Shown in pieces: positions 48,319 through 55,911 of a stretch of DNA of 64,000 nucleotides. The stretch is taken from positions 452 to 64,451 of the forward strand of contig CASDOW010000010.1 of the NCBI GenBank assembly GCA_949282195.1, written 5' to 3'. Within the stretch, counting starts at the first letter, position 1; the number at the start of each line of letters is the position of its first letter. Made by a program: the position numbers and the translations under genes. The notes below the pieces were generated by a model, which was not told the origin of the DNA, did not search any database, and was given only the letters and a program-made list of their open reading frames with translations. The stretch is from an uncultured bacterium. Lineage in GTDB: Bacteria; Cyanobacteriota; Vampirovibrionia; Gastranaerophilales; Gastranaerophilaceae.

Positions 48319-48345
48319 AGGCCTTTTTCAAAAAGGTCTTTTTTA
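48319..48345 (+). terminator. Intrinsic terminator of the small transcription unit
   Basis: Stem AGGCCTTT/AAAGGTCT (one G-U pair), loop TTCAA, then a T-run. Confidence 0.6.
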
Positions 48346-48545
48346 TTGTTAAAATTTGTATAAAAAATTAAAAAAAACATAAAAATTTAGCAATTATTTT
48401 TGTTTTTTGCCATTGTTATTAAGTGAAGAAGGTTGGTAAATGAATAAAATTTTATCAAATACATATAAAAAATATCGCCTTAAAACTCAAGTTCAGCGCT
48501 TGAGAAATTTGATTTGGGGACTGTAGTTGATAAATAAGGAATAAA

Positions 48546-49946
48546 ATGAATATATCGCCTATTATAAGAGAAAAATCAATAAAGCTATTATCAGGATTTG
48601 CAAATAATAATGACTCATTGGCGCCAATGGTCTTAAAAGACGCAATTTCAAATACCGCAATTGTTGCTACTTATAAAAAAGAAGGCGGTAAGGATGATGC
48701 AAGAGAAAAAGCAATTGAAGAATATGGGACAGGAGTTGTTTGGCTTTTTGGTATTCCGGCTCTAAAAAAGCTTTTTGATAAGTCAGTATATGGAATTTTT
48801 AAATTAAATCCCGATTTTGATATCAGAATTTTAAAAGATGAAAATTATTTAAATAATATTAAACAAAACCTTTCAATGGAAACTAATTCAATTTTGCAAG
48901 AGCAAAAAGAAGTTTTTAAATCTTTGAATGAAAAAAACAGCCTTTTGAAAAATTTTACAAATTCACAGGTTTATAAGGGTTTATTTGTTTCAAAATTTGC
49001 GATTACAACTTCAATATGTGCGCTTGCACTAGCTGCCCTTGTCAAGTATAAGCAAAAAACAACACAAAAAAGAATTGAAAGAGACTGCTATAAAAACTTA
49101 GCATCTGAGGTATTACTTAATAAATCGGTTAATAAAGCTTCAAATTTCCAAAAATTCAATAAAACGGAAAAACAAGAAAATAAAAATTCTAAAAGTATTT
49201 CTTTTAAAGGGCTTGGTGAGTTATTTATGTATAACCCTATAGCTAATAATTCTCTTTTAGATGTTTCTATTGCAGCAACAAGATTAAGACATGGTAGAAA
49301 AGGCGAAAGAGGTGAAATTGGAATGAAAGAAGCATTCCAAATTATATTCATATATTTACTTGCTAAACCTATTCAAATGGCTTTTGAGTTTGTTGGTGAA
49401 AAATTAAAAATGCCCATTTCTCTTGATCCTATGGTTCTATTTTCTAAAGATATTAAAAACACGCTAACTCAAGCCGGCGATGTTATTAGAAATAATGACT
49501 TTATTGCACAGGTTAAAAATAACAAAGGTAAGGTTGCAAATGTTTTAAAAGAGGGTGCTCTTGATAAGATACTAGAACTTGCAAGACAAGATATTAATAA
49601 TCCTTTATTGGATGTTTTGGATAAAAACGGCGCAATTCAAATATTAAAAGATAAAAAAGGCAACAAGCAAGCTATCAGCTATTTGAAGCGTTTTGATGAA
49701 AATGCCATTGTAAAAACCATGCTTGATATTAATAAAACAAATAAATTTATAGATAATATTAAATCAATTAAGGCATATAAAGTTTTTGCAGTATTTGCAA
49801 ATATTGCAATTGCTGCTTGGGCAACAGGGGTATTGCAGCCTAAATTGGTAATTTTAATGAGAAAATTAACACATAACGGTGATAACAGAAATCCTGCAAT
49901 TGTCGAACAGGAAAAAATGATGAAACTACAAGCTCATCAGGGCTAG
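48546..49946 (+). CDS. Hypothetical membrane protein (paralog family, member C; internally duplicated module)
   Basis: 466 aa, AAGGA SD. TM segments FAITTSICALALAALV and FAVFANIAIAAWATGVL. SISFKG motif mid-protein. Confidence 0.7.
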   Translation: MNISPIIREKSIKLLSGFANNNDSLAPMVLKDAISNTAIVATYKKEGGKDDAREKAIEEYGTGVVWLFGIPALKKLFDKSVYGIFKLNPDFDIRILKDENYLNNIKQNLSMETNSILQEQKEVFKSLNEKNSLLKNFTNSQVYKGLFVSKFAITTSICALALAALVKYKQKTTQKRIERDCYKNLASEVLLNKSVNKASNFQKFNKTEKQENKNSKSISFKGLGELFMYNPIANNSLLDVSIAATRLRHGRKGERGEIGMKEAFQIIFIYLLAKPIQMAFEFVGEKLKMPISLDPMVLFSKDIKNTLTQAGDVIRNNDFIAQVKNNKGKVANVLKEGALDKILELARQDINNPLLDVLDKNGAIQILKDKKGNKQAISYLKRFDENAIVKTMLDINKTNKFIDNIKSIKAYKVFAVFANIAIAAWATGVLQPKLVILMRKLTHNGDNRNPAIVEQEKMMKLQAHQG

Positions 49947-50194
49947 ACTTCAATAAATAGTTTTCTTCCTACAATATTTGGTTTTCCGTTGTAATATCCT
50001 GCAAAATATCCGCCTGCTATGGGTCTGTTTTTGCCGTAATTTGTATTGGAGTCAAAAGCAGCAGACAAAAAAGGATTATTTTTTTCGCTTTCTGAAAACG
50101 GGTTATTTGTTTTTTGGGTAATTTGCCTGCTTGGTATTATTTGATTTGTTGAACTAAGTGATTTTGTTAACAGTGATACTAAATTTGATAGCAT
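49943..50194 (-). CDS. Small hypothetical protein
   Basis: 83-aa ORF with a weak AAAGG SD. N/S/G/Y-rich. Overlaps the convergent gene by 4 nt (CTAG). Coding status uncertain. Confidence 0.35.
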   Translation of the reverse strand: MLSNLVSLLTKSLSSTNQIIPSRQITQKTNNPFSESEKNNPFLSAAFDSNTNYGKNRPIAGGYFAGYYNGKPNIVGRKLFIEV

Positions 50195-50334
50195 AATTAA
50201 ACCTTTTTATGTTTATTAATGAAATATTATTATAAGTCAACAATATAATTTTAACATTTTAGCCGGAAATAAAATCAAATAAATGATTGGAAAATTTTAA
50301 CAAATATAAATTTATATTCAAATTTAAAATATTG

Positions 50335-50343
50335 TGATAGAAT
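50335..50343 (+). promoter_or_regulatory. Extended -10 (TGaTAGAAT), candidate rny promoter
   Basis: Same nonamer as at 20864-20872. About 97 nt upstream of the proposed rny start. Confidence 0.3.
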
Positions 50344-50472
50344 ATTATCATTAAGATGGCTTTTATCATTTTATATATAAAAAATTAAATATGCTAATGG
50401 TCTATCAATTGGTGAACAGATTATAAGAGGACCGGAACAATTAACACTTTAATATATATCATCTTAGCACTT

Positions 50473-51972
50473 TTGGCGGTTGTTTGCGCATTAATGACAA
50501 TGTTGTTTGTAAGGCAAAAAGCCAAAGTTGAGGTGCTTGAAAAAAATGAACAAAAATATATTCAAGATTTTAAAGAAAAAGAACAATTCTTGAAAAAAGA
50601 AGCTCTGATTTCAGCTAAAGAAGAACTTCATAAGGAAAGAATGGAGCTGGATGAGCTTACAAGAGAGAAGAAACAAGAATTTGAGAAAATTCAACAAGAT
50701 TTGTTTAAAAAAGAAGACGAATTGGAAGAAAAATCTCAAGGAATTGTTGATAGAGAGGTTCTGCTTTCTAAGAAAGAAGATGAATTAGAGCAAAAAGAAG
50801 ACTATTTGGCTGACGCTATTGCTCGTCAAATAACCGAACTTGAACGTATTGCTCAAATGTCAAGAGAAGAAGCTAAATCTACTTTATTAAACCAATTAAA
50901 AGATGAATTGGCTCAAGAAAAAATCCAATTAATCCGCGAAAATGAGATTGAAATCAGAGAAGCTGCCGAAGAAAAATCTCGTGAAATTTTGAGTCAAACA
51001 ATGCAAAAATGTGCAATTGAACAAGTTATTGAAACAAGCGTTTCAGTTGTTTCTTTGCCTTCAGATGAGATGAAAGGAAGAATAATCGGTCGCGAAGGCA
51101 GAAACATTAGAACACTTGAAACTCTAACAGGCGTTGATTTAATTATTGATGATACTCCTGAAGCTGTTGTATTATCCTCTTTTGACCCTGTAAGGCGTGA
51201 AGTTGCAAAATTAACTATTGAAAAACTAATTCAAGACGGCAGAATACATCCTGTTAGAATTGAAGAAGTATACGAAAAATCAGTTAAAGAAATTGAAAAT
51301 AAAATTAAACAAGAAGGTGAACGCGCAGCTGTTGACCTTGGAATTATGAACCTTAACAAAGAGCTAACAAAAACACTTGGACGCTTATATTATAGAACAA
51401 GTTACGGACAAAACGTTTTGAAACATTCAATTGAAGTTGGGCAAATTGCAGGAATGCTTGCTGCTGAACTCGGTTCTGATGTTAAAAGTGCAAAACGTGC
51501 CGGACTATTGCATGATATAGGAAAAGCGGTTGATCAAGAACAAGAAGGAACACATGTTCAACTCGGTGCTGATTTATGCCGTCGTTTTGGTGAAAAAGAG
51601 CATATAGTTCATGCAATAGAAGCTCACCATGACGATGTTCCTTGTATTAATTTGACCGATGCTTTGGTTAAAATAGCCGATACTATATCAGCAGGCAGAC
51701 CCGGTGCTCGTCGTGATACGCTTGAAATCTATATTAAACGCCTTAAAAAACTGGAAGAAATTGCAAACAGTTATGAAGGAATTAAGCAGTCCTTTGCTGT
51801 GTCAGCAGGTCGAGAGGTTAGGGTTATTGTTCAGCCTAATGTGTTTGACGATGTTGCAAGTTCAAAACTTGCAAGAGATATTGCAAAACGCATTGAGGAT
51901 GAGTTGGAATACCCCGGACAAATTCGTGTAACAGTCGTTCGTGAAGTTAGAGTTACCGAAATTGCCAAATAA
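50473..51972 (+). CDS. rny: Ribonuclease Y (true start probably upstream at ATT 50440)
   Basis: Coiled-coil region, KH domain (GRIIGREGRNIRTLETLTGVDLIIDD), HD domain (LLHDIGKAVD...AHHDD). The TTG start in the track truncates the N-terminal TM helix. Confidence 0.93.
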   Translation: MAVVCALMTMLFVRQKAKVEVLEKNEQKYIQDFKEKEQFLKKEALISAKEELHKERMELDELTREKKQEFEKIQQDLFKKEDELEEKSQGIVDREVLLSKKEDELEQKEDYLADAIARQITELERIAQMSREEAKSTLLNQLKDELAQEKIQLIRENEIEIREAAEEKSREILSQTMQKCAIEQVIETSVSVVSLPSDEMKGRIIGREGRNIRTLETLTGVDLIIDDTPEAVVLSSFDPVRREVAKLTIEKLIQDGRIHPVRIEEVYEKSVKEIENKIKQEGERAAVDLGIMNLNKELTKTLGRLYYRTSYGQNVLKHSIEVGQIAGMLAAELGSDVKSAKRAGLLHDIGKAVDQEQEGTHVQLGADLCRRFGEKEHIVHAIEAHHDDVPCINLTDALVKIADTISAGRPGARRDTLEIYIKRLKKLEEIANSYEGIKQSFAVSAGREVRVIVQPNVFDDVASSKLARDIAKRIEDELEYPGQIRVTVVREVRVTEIAK

Positions 51973-51989
51973 ACCTTAGGCAACAGTCA

Positions 51990-52808
51990 ATGCAGAAAGA
52001 TTTTAAATTATTATTTATAGGCGATATTGTTGGTCGTTGCGGTAGGAATATCGTAAAAAAATTTTTAAGTGAAAATAATAAAAAATCTGAATATGATTTT
52101 GTTATTGCAAATGTTGAAAATGCTAGTCATGGTTTTGGTTTGACTAAAAAGAACTATGATGAATTAGAAGCCTGCGGCATTGATTGTATGACAAGCGGAA
52201 ATCATATTTGGGACAAAAAAGATATTTTAACTTATATTGATGAAGCAGATATTTTAATTAGGCCTTATAACTATCATAAATCAGTTTCAGGAGTTGGATA
52301 TAGAATTTTTGATAATGGCATGATTGTCATAAATCTTTTAGGTAAAACGTTTATGCCTCCCATTGATTGTCCTTTTGTTGCTCTTGAAGAAATTATTCAG
52401 GAATTGAAAAATAAGATTAATATTGATGATAAGATAATTTTTGTGGATTTTCATGCTGAAGCAACCGCTGAAAAACAATGTTTTGCGCGTTTTGCTTTCG
52501 ATTTAGGAGTAAGTGCAGTTGTTGGCACACATACACATGTTCAAACTGCAGACGAATGTATTTTAGATGGGCATGCATATTTAACCGATGTAGGATGTTG
52601 CGCAAGCAAAATGGGCGTAATCGGCATGGAGTATCAACCTTCTTTAAAAAGACTTATGACATCAGTAAATGAGAGATTTGATGTGGAGATGTCCGCTCCG
52701 TATGTATTTAATGCTTGTGAAATTATTTTCAGCGAAAACCGTGCTAAAAGCATTAACAGAATAAGTTTTGAATATAGTATATTAGAGGAACAGGATAGTG
52801 AAAATTGA
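51990..52808 (+). CDS. ymdB: YmdB-family metallophosphoesterase (2',3'-cyclic-nucleotide 2'-phosphodiesterase)
   Basis: LLFIGDIVGRCGR, ANVENASHGFG, GNHIWDKK, DFHAEATAEK, GTHTHVQTAD. Conserved rny-ymdB synteny. Confidence 0.9.
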   Translation: MQKDFKLLFIGDIVGRCGRNIVKKFLSENNKKSEYDFVIANVENASHGFGLTKKNYDELEACGIDCMTSGNHIWDKKDILTYIDEADILIRPYNYHKSVSGVGYRIFDNGMIVINLLGKTFMPPIDCPFVALEEIIQELKNKINIDDKIIFVDFHAEATAEKQCFARFAFDLGVSAVVGTHTHVQTADECILDGHAYLTDVGCCASKMGVIGMEYQPSLKRLMTSVNERFDVEMSAPYVFNACEIIFSENRAKSINRISFEYSILEEQDSEN

Positions 52809-53646
52809 TTTGCATATTCATACGACTTATTCTGACGGTATGTTGAGTCCGCAAAAAATCGTCGATACTGCACATCAGTGCGGGCTTGATGTAATTGCTT
52901 TAACCGATCATGATAATGTTCTTTCCCATAAAGAAGCTGAAGATTATATTAATTCAAACAATTTGAAACTTGAAGTTATCCCTGGTGTTGAAATAAACAC
53001 GATATATAAGGGCTGGGAAGTTCATATTCTTGGTTATTTTATGGATGAAAATAATCAGCAATTTGTTGATATGTTAAATTTTCAACAAAAAGCCAGAATT
53101 GAGCAAACTCATCAAATTATTGAACTTTTAGCAAAAAAACAAGGTATTAAAATTAAGTTTGAAGATGTTCAAAAGCTCGTTGCTCCAAAAGGTTCAATAG
53201 GACGTCCTCACATAGCAAGAGCAATAACATCCTGCGGCGGCAGCTCAAATATAATGGAAGCTTATGCTAAATTTATCAATAACAATTCAGATGTTTATAT
53301 AGAAAGAAAAACAGTATCTCCGCATGACGCTGTTGAGATTATATCTGAAGCTGGTGGAATTCCTGTTTTTGCGCATCCGATTGATGTTGATATAGCGGAC
53401 AGTTTAACTTGTGAATTGGTTAACTATGGGTTAAGGGGCATTGAAGCATATCATAGAAAACATTCACCGGCGGCAGTTGAACATTTTTCAACATTGGCGG
53501 AACAATATGGTTTAATTGTAACAGGCGGCTCGGATTTCCATGCTCCTTCTATGAACCATGGCACCATACTAATGGGTAAAAACTTTGTTCCTGATTGGAT
53601 ATATGATAAATTAATACTTGAAAAAAAGAAAATTGACATGATTTAA
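52798..53646 (+). CDS. PHP-domain metal-dependent phosphoesterase (TrpH/YciV-like)
   Basis: KIDLHIHTTYSDG, ALTDHD, AHP, GSDFH. GTG start with GAGGAA SD. 11-nt overlap with ymdB. Confidence 0.85.
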   Translation: MKIDLHIHTTYSDGMLSPQKIVDTAHQCGLDVIALTDHDNVLSHKEAEDYINSNNLKLEVIPGVEINTIYKGWEVHILGYFMDENNQQFVDMLNFQQKARIEQTHQIIELLAKKQGIKIKFEDVQKLVAPKGSIGRPHIARAITSCGGSSNIMEAYAKFINNNSDVYIERKTVSPHDAVEIISEAGGIPVFAHPIDVDIADSLTCELVNYGLRGIEAYHRKHSPAAVEHFSTLAEQYGLIVTGGSDFHAPSMNHGTILMGKNFVPDWIYDKLILEKKKIDMI

Positions 53647-54242
53647 AAATCATTTTCAAGATATTCAAAGAATGTGTGGAATTTTTTGTTTAAAAGTTCC
53701 ATATTTTCTTCTTCGTCAATTTCGATTGTTAGTGTTGGAATTTTTCTTTCTATTCCACAATAGGTTCCAAAACTTCCAGGGGTGGGATATCCAATATCAT
53801 TGCTTGTTGGGTAATTTAAAATTGTGCTTGCAACGTTTGCAAGTTTTTCTGCGGGTCCGTCGTAATTAACAACCTTGTAGGGGGAGTGTATTGTTACAAT
53901 TGCGCTAAAATCATTTTTATCTATTAAATCCACTAAAAATTGTGTTTCAATTTCGCTGTTTGGTTTAAAACCTCCAAAGTAGTCGCTGTTATAGTCGCCT
54001 AAGACCCAATTTTTTGTTGGAAAATTTCGATTTAAGTCAACATCGTTCAGGTTTTTTCTTTTTCTGGAAGGGTTTAGTTTAGGAATATAGAAAAGATTAT
54101 TTTTTGAGGATGTATTTTTTTTAAGGTATGAATTAATAAAGTATTCCCCTTGTGATTCGTCGCCATGGAATACTCCTATAACCAGAATATTTTTATTTGA
54201 TGATTTATTTTCTTTTTTGATTAATTTAATATCGCTTTTCAT
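53643..54242 (-). CDS. M14-family zinc carboxypeptidase/amidase (MpaA-like murein peptide amidase)
   Basis: VIGVFHGDESQG (HxxE zinc site), DLNRNFP, VTIHSPY. ATG 54242 preferred because the longer track ORF reads through a terminator hairpin. Confidence 0.75.
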   Translation of the reverse strand: MKSDIKLIKKENKSSNKNILVIGVFHGDESQGEYFINSYLKKNTSSKNNLFYIPKLNPSRKRKNLNDVDLNRNFPTKNWVLGDYNSDYFGGFKPNSEIETQFLVDLIDKNDFSAIVTIHSPYKVVNYDGPAEKLANVASTILNYPTSNDIGYPTPGSFGTYCGIERKIPTLTIEIDEEENMELLNKKFHTFFEYLENDF

Positions 54243-54258
54243 GGTTGTAATAAAATAT

Positions 54259-54279
54259 GGCTTGTGTCTTGCACAAGCC
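54259..54279 (-). terminator. Intrinsic terminator after the rpaB-like gene
   Basis: 8-bp stem GGCTTGTG/CACAAGCC, 5-nt loop. On the minus strand it is followed by ATATTTTATT. Confidence 0.65.
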
Positions 54280-54298
54280 ATAAAATGCAGTTATCTTA

Positions 54299-55042
54299 TC
54301 AACCTATTCTTTGAAACATATATCCGATTCCGCGAGCAGTAAGGATAAGTTCTGGGTTCGCAGGATCTGTTTCTAATTTTGAACGCAGTCTTGAAATATG
54401 TACGTCTACAACACGTGTATCAATTCTATGATCCGGCGGATAAGCCCATACATGTTGAAGAATTTCATTTCTTGAATAAGCTGTTCCTGAGTTATTAACA
54501 AGCAACTCTAATAGGCTAAATTCCATGCCTGTAAGACGTATTCTTTCGTTTTTGCGATATACTTGTCTTCTTGCAGTATCTATTTTGATGTTTCCTGTTG
54601 TGATAACGTTTTTGGTTGTTTTTCCGGTTGGAATTGTAATATCTTTGTTAACCGTTCTTCTTAAGACGGCTTTGACACGTGCTTCAAGTTCTTTTGGACT
54701 GAACGGCTTAATCACATAATCGTCAGCACCTAATTCAAGTCCTGTAATTCTTTCTGATACATCTCCTAAAGCAGTTAAAATGATAATAGGAACATCTGAT
54801 ACGCGTCTGATTTCTCTTGTTACTCCATAGCCATCCATTTTTGGCATCATAACATCCAGAATTACTATATCAGGATTAGTTTTGTTGAAAAGCTCAACTG
54901 CTTCTTCTCCGTCTTCTGCTGTTACGACATTGTATCCTGCCATTTTTAAACGGGTTTCAAGAATTCTTCTAATACTTGCTTCGTCATCTACAACTAAAAT
55001 TTTCTGTTTTGAATCGCTTTGCTCTTGGACGTCTTTGGTCAT
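54299..55042 (-). CDS. rpaB: OmpR-family response regulator, RpaB-like
   Basis: ILVVDDEASIRRILETRL...DVMMPKMDGYGV...IIILTALGDVSERITGLELGADDYVIKPFSPKELEARV closely follows cyanobacterial RpaB as I remember it. Winged-helix C-terminus (GIGYMF). Confidence 0.85.
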   Translation of the reverse strand: MTKDVQEQSDSKQKILVVDDEASIRRILETRLKMAGYNVVTAEDGEEAVELFNKTNPDIVILDVMMPKMDGYGVTREIRRVSDVPIIILTALGDVSERITGLELGADDYVIKPFSPKELEARVKAVLRRTVNKDITIPTGKTTKNVITTGNIKIDTARRQVYRKNERIRLTGMEFSLLELLVNNSGTAYSRNEILQHVWAYPPDHRIDTRVVDVHISRLRSKLETDPANPELILTARGIGYMFQRIG

Positions 55043-55138
55043 TTTTCTTCCTTACTTATTCGTTACCTTTAACATTACAAAATATTTATTTTTTTTAACT
55101 AATATTAACATAAATTAATTTATTTTGCAAAATCATAT

Positions 55139-55165
55139 AAAAAAAATGCTCGCTTGTTGCGAGCA
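55139..55165 (-). terminator. Intrinsic terminator after gene 55205..55765
   Basis: 7-bp stem TGCTCGC/GCGAGCA, 5-nt loop. A8 run on the plus strand gives a U-tail on the minus strand. Confidence 0.8.
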
Positions 55166-55204
55166 GTTTTAGTTATATTTAAATTAGGATTTGGAGTTAG
55201 TTTA

Positions 55205-55765
55205 TTAGCTTAGTTTTATTGTACTATTTTGGATTTCTTGGCTTGTTGAGCTCTTTAGTTGTTCTAATTCAGCTTGTTCAGATTCAACCAAGGTTTCTAA
55301 TTCGGTTTGTTGATTTTGTATTTCTTTTTCTTTTTCGTTTAAAAGCGGCATAAAGTAATTTTCTGCAAATTCTTTTAGAGCTTCAGCATAGAATTCTTGA
55401 TACATTGCATCTGTGTCTAAGTTTCCGCTTTCGTCGTAGTATAGTTGCGCTTGAGCAGTTAAAGACGGATTGTTGTAGTATTGTTCTTGAGTTACTGATT
55501 CATAAGCTGATGCATAGTAATCTGTTTGTTCTTGTGCCATTTGTGTGGCAACTTCGTTTGAATAACCCATAAAGTCAAGTGCATCGCCAAATAAGTCTTT
55601 ACCTACCGAAGCAATTTCGCTTGGTGTTATTGAACCGTCTGCAATTGCTGTTGAAAAACTTGATAATCTTCTCAATTGTCTTGATAGTTGTAATTTTTCT
55701 AATGTGTGATCGTTAATACTTCTTTGAAGTTCACACCTTCTTAATGACATCATTAACCACGCCAT
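55205..55765 (-). CDS. Hypothetical protein (Q/Y/E-rich, C-terminal coiled coil)
   Basis: 186 aa, AGGAG SD, own terminator. No family recognised. Confidence 0.6.
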   Translation of the reverse strand: MAWLMMSLRRCELQRSINDHTLEKLQLSRQLRRLSSFSTAIADGSITPSEIASVGKDLFGDALDFMGYSNEVATQMAQEQTDYYASAYESVTQEQYYNNPSLTAQAQLYYDESGNLDTDAMYQEFYAEALKEFAENYFMPLLNEKEKEIQNQQTELETLVESEQAELEQLKSSTSQEIQNSTIKLS

Positions 55766-55911
55766 AATGTTACACTCCTAACCTAATTTAATTTTTAAAC
55801 TAACCTTACAATATAATAAAGTTTTTTTTCATTTTAAAATTGCCTTTTTGTTTTTTGTTTTCTTAACATTACTTAACAATATTTTTTTATTATTTATAGT
55901 TTAATAGATAT

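Noticed and set aside
48440-48526. Second 28-codon mini-ORF (MNKILSNTYKKYRLKTQVQRLRNLIWGL) 20 nt upstream of the 48546 gene
   Set aside because: It has a weak SD (GAAGG) and no associated structure or promoter that I could find. ORFs of this size arise easily by chance. It could be a uORF, but the evidence is insufficient.
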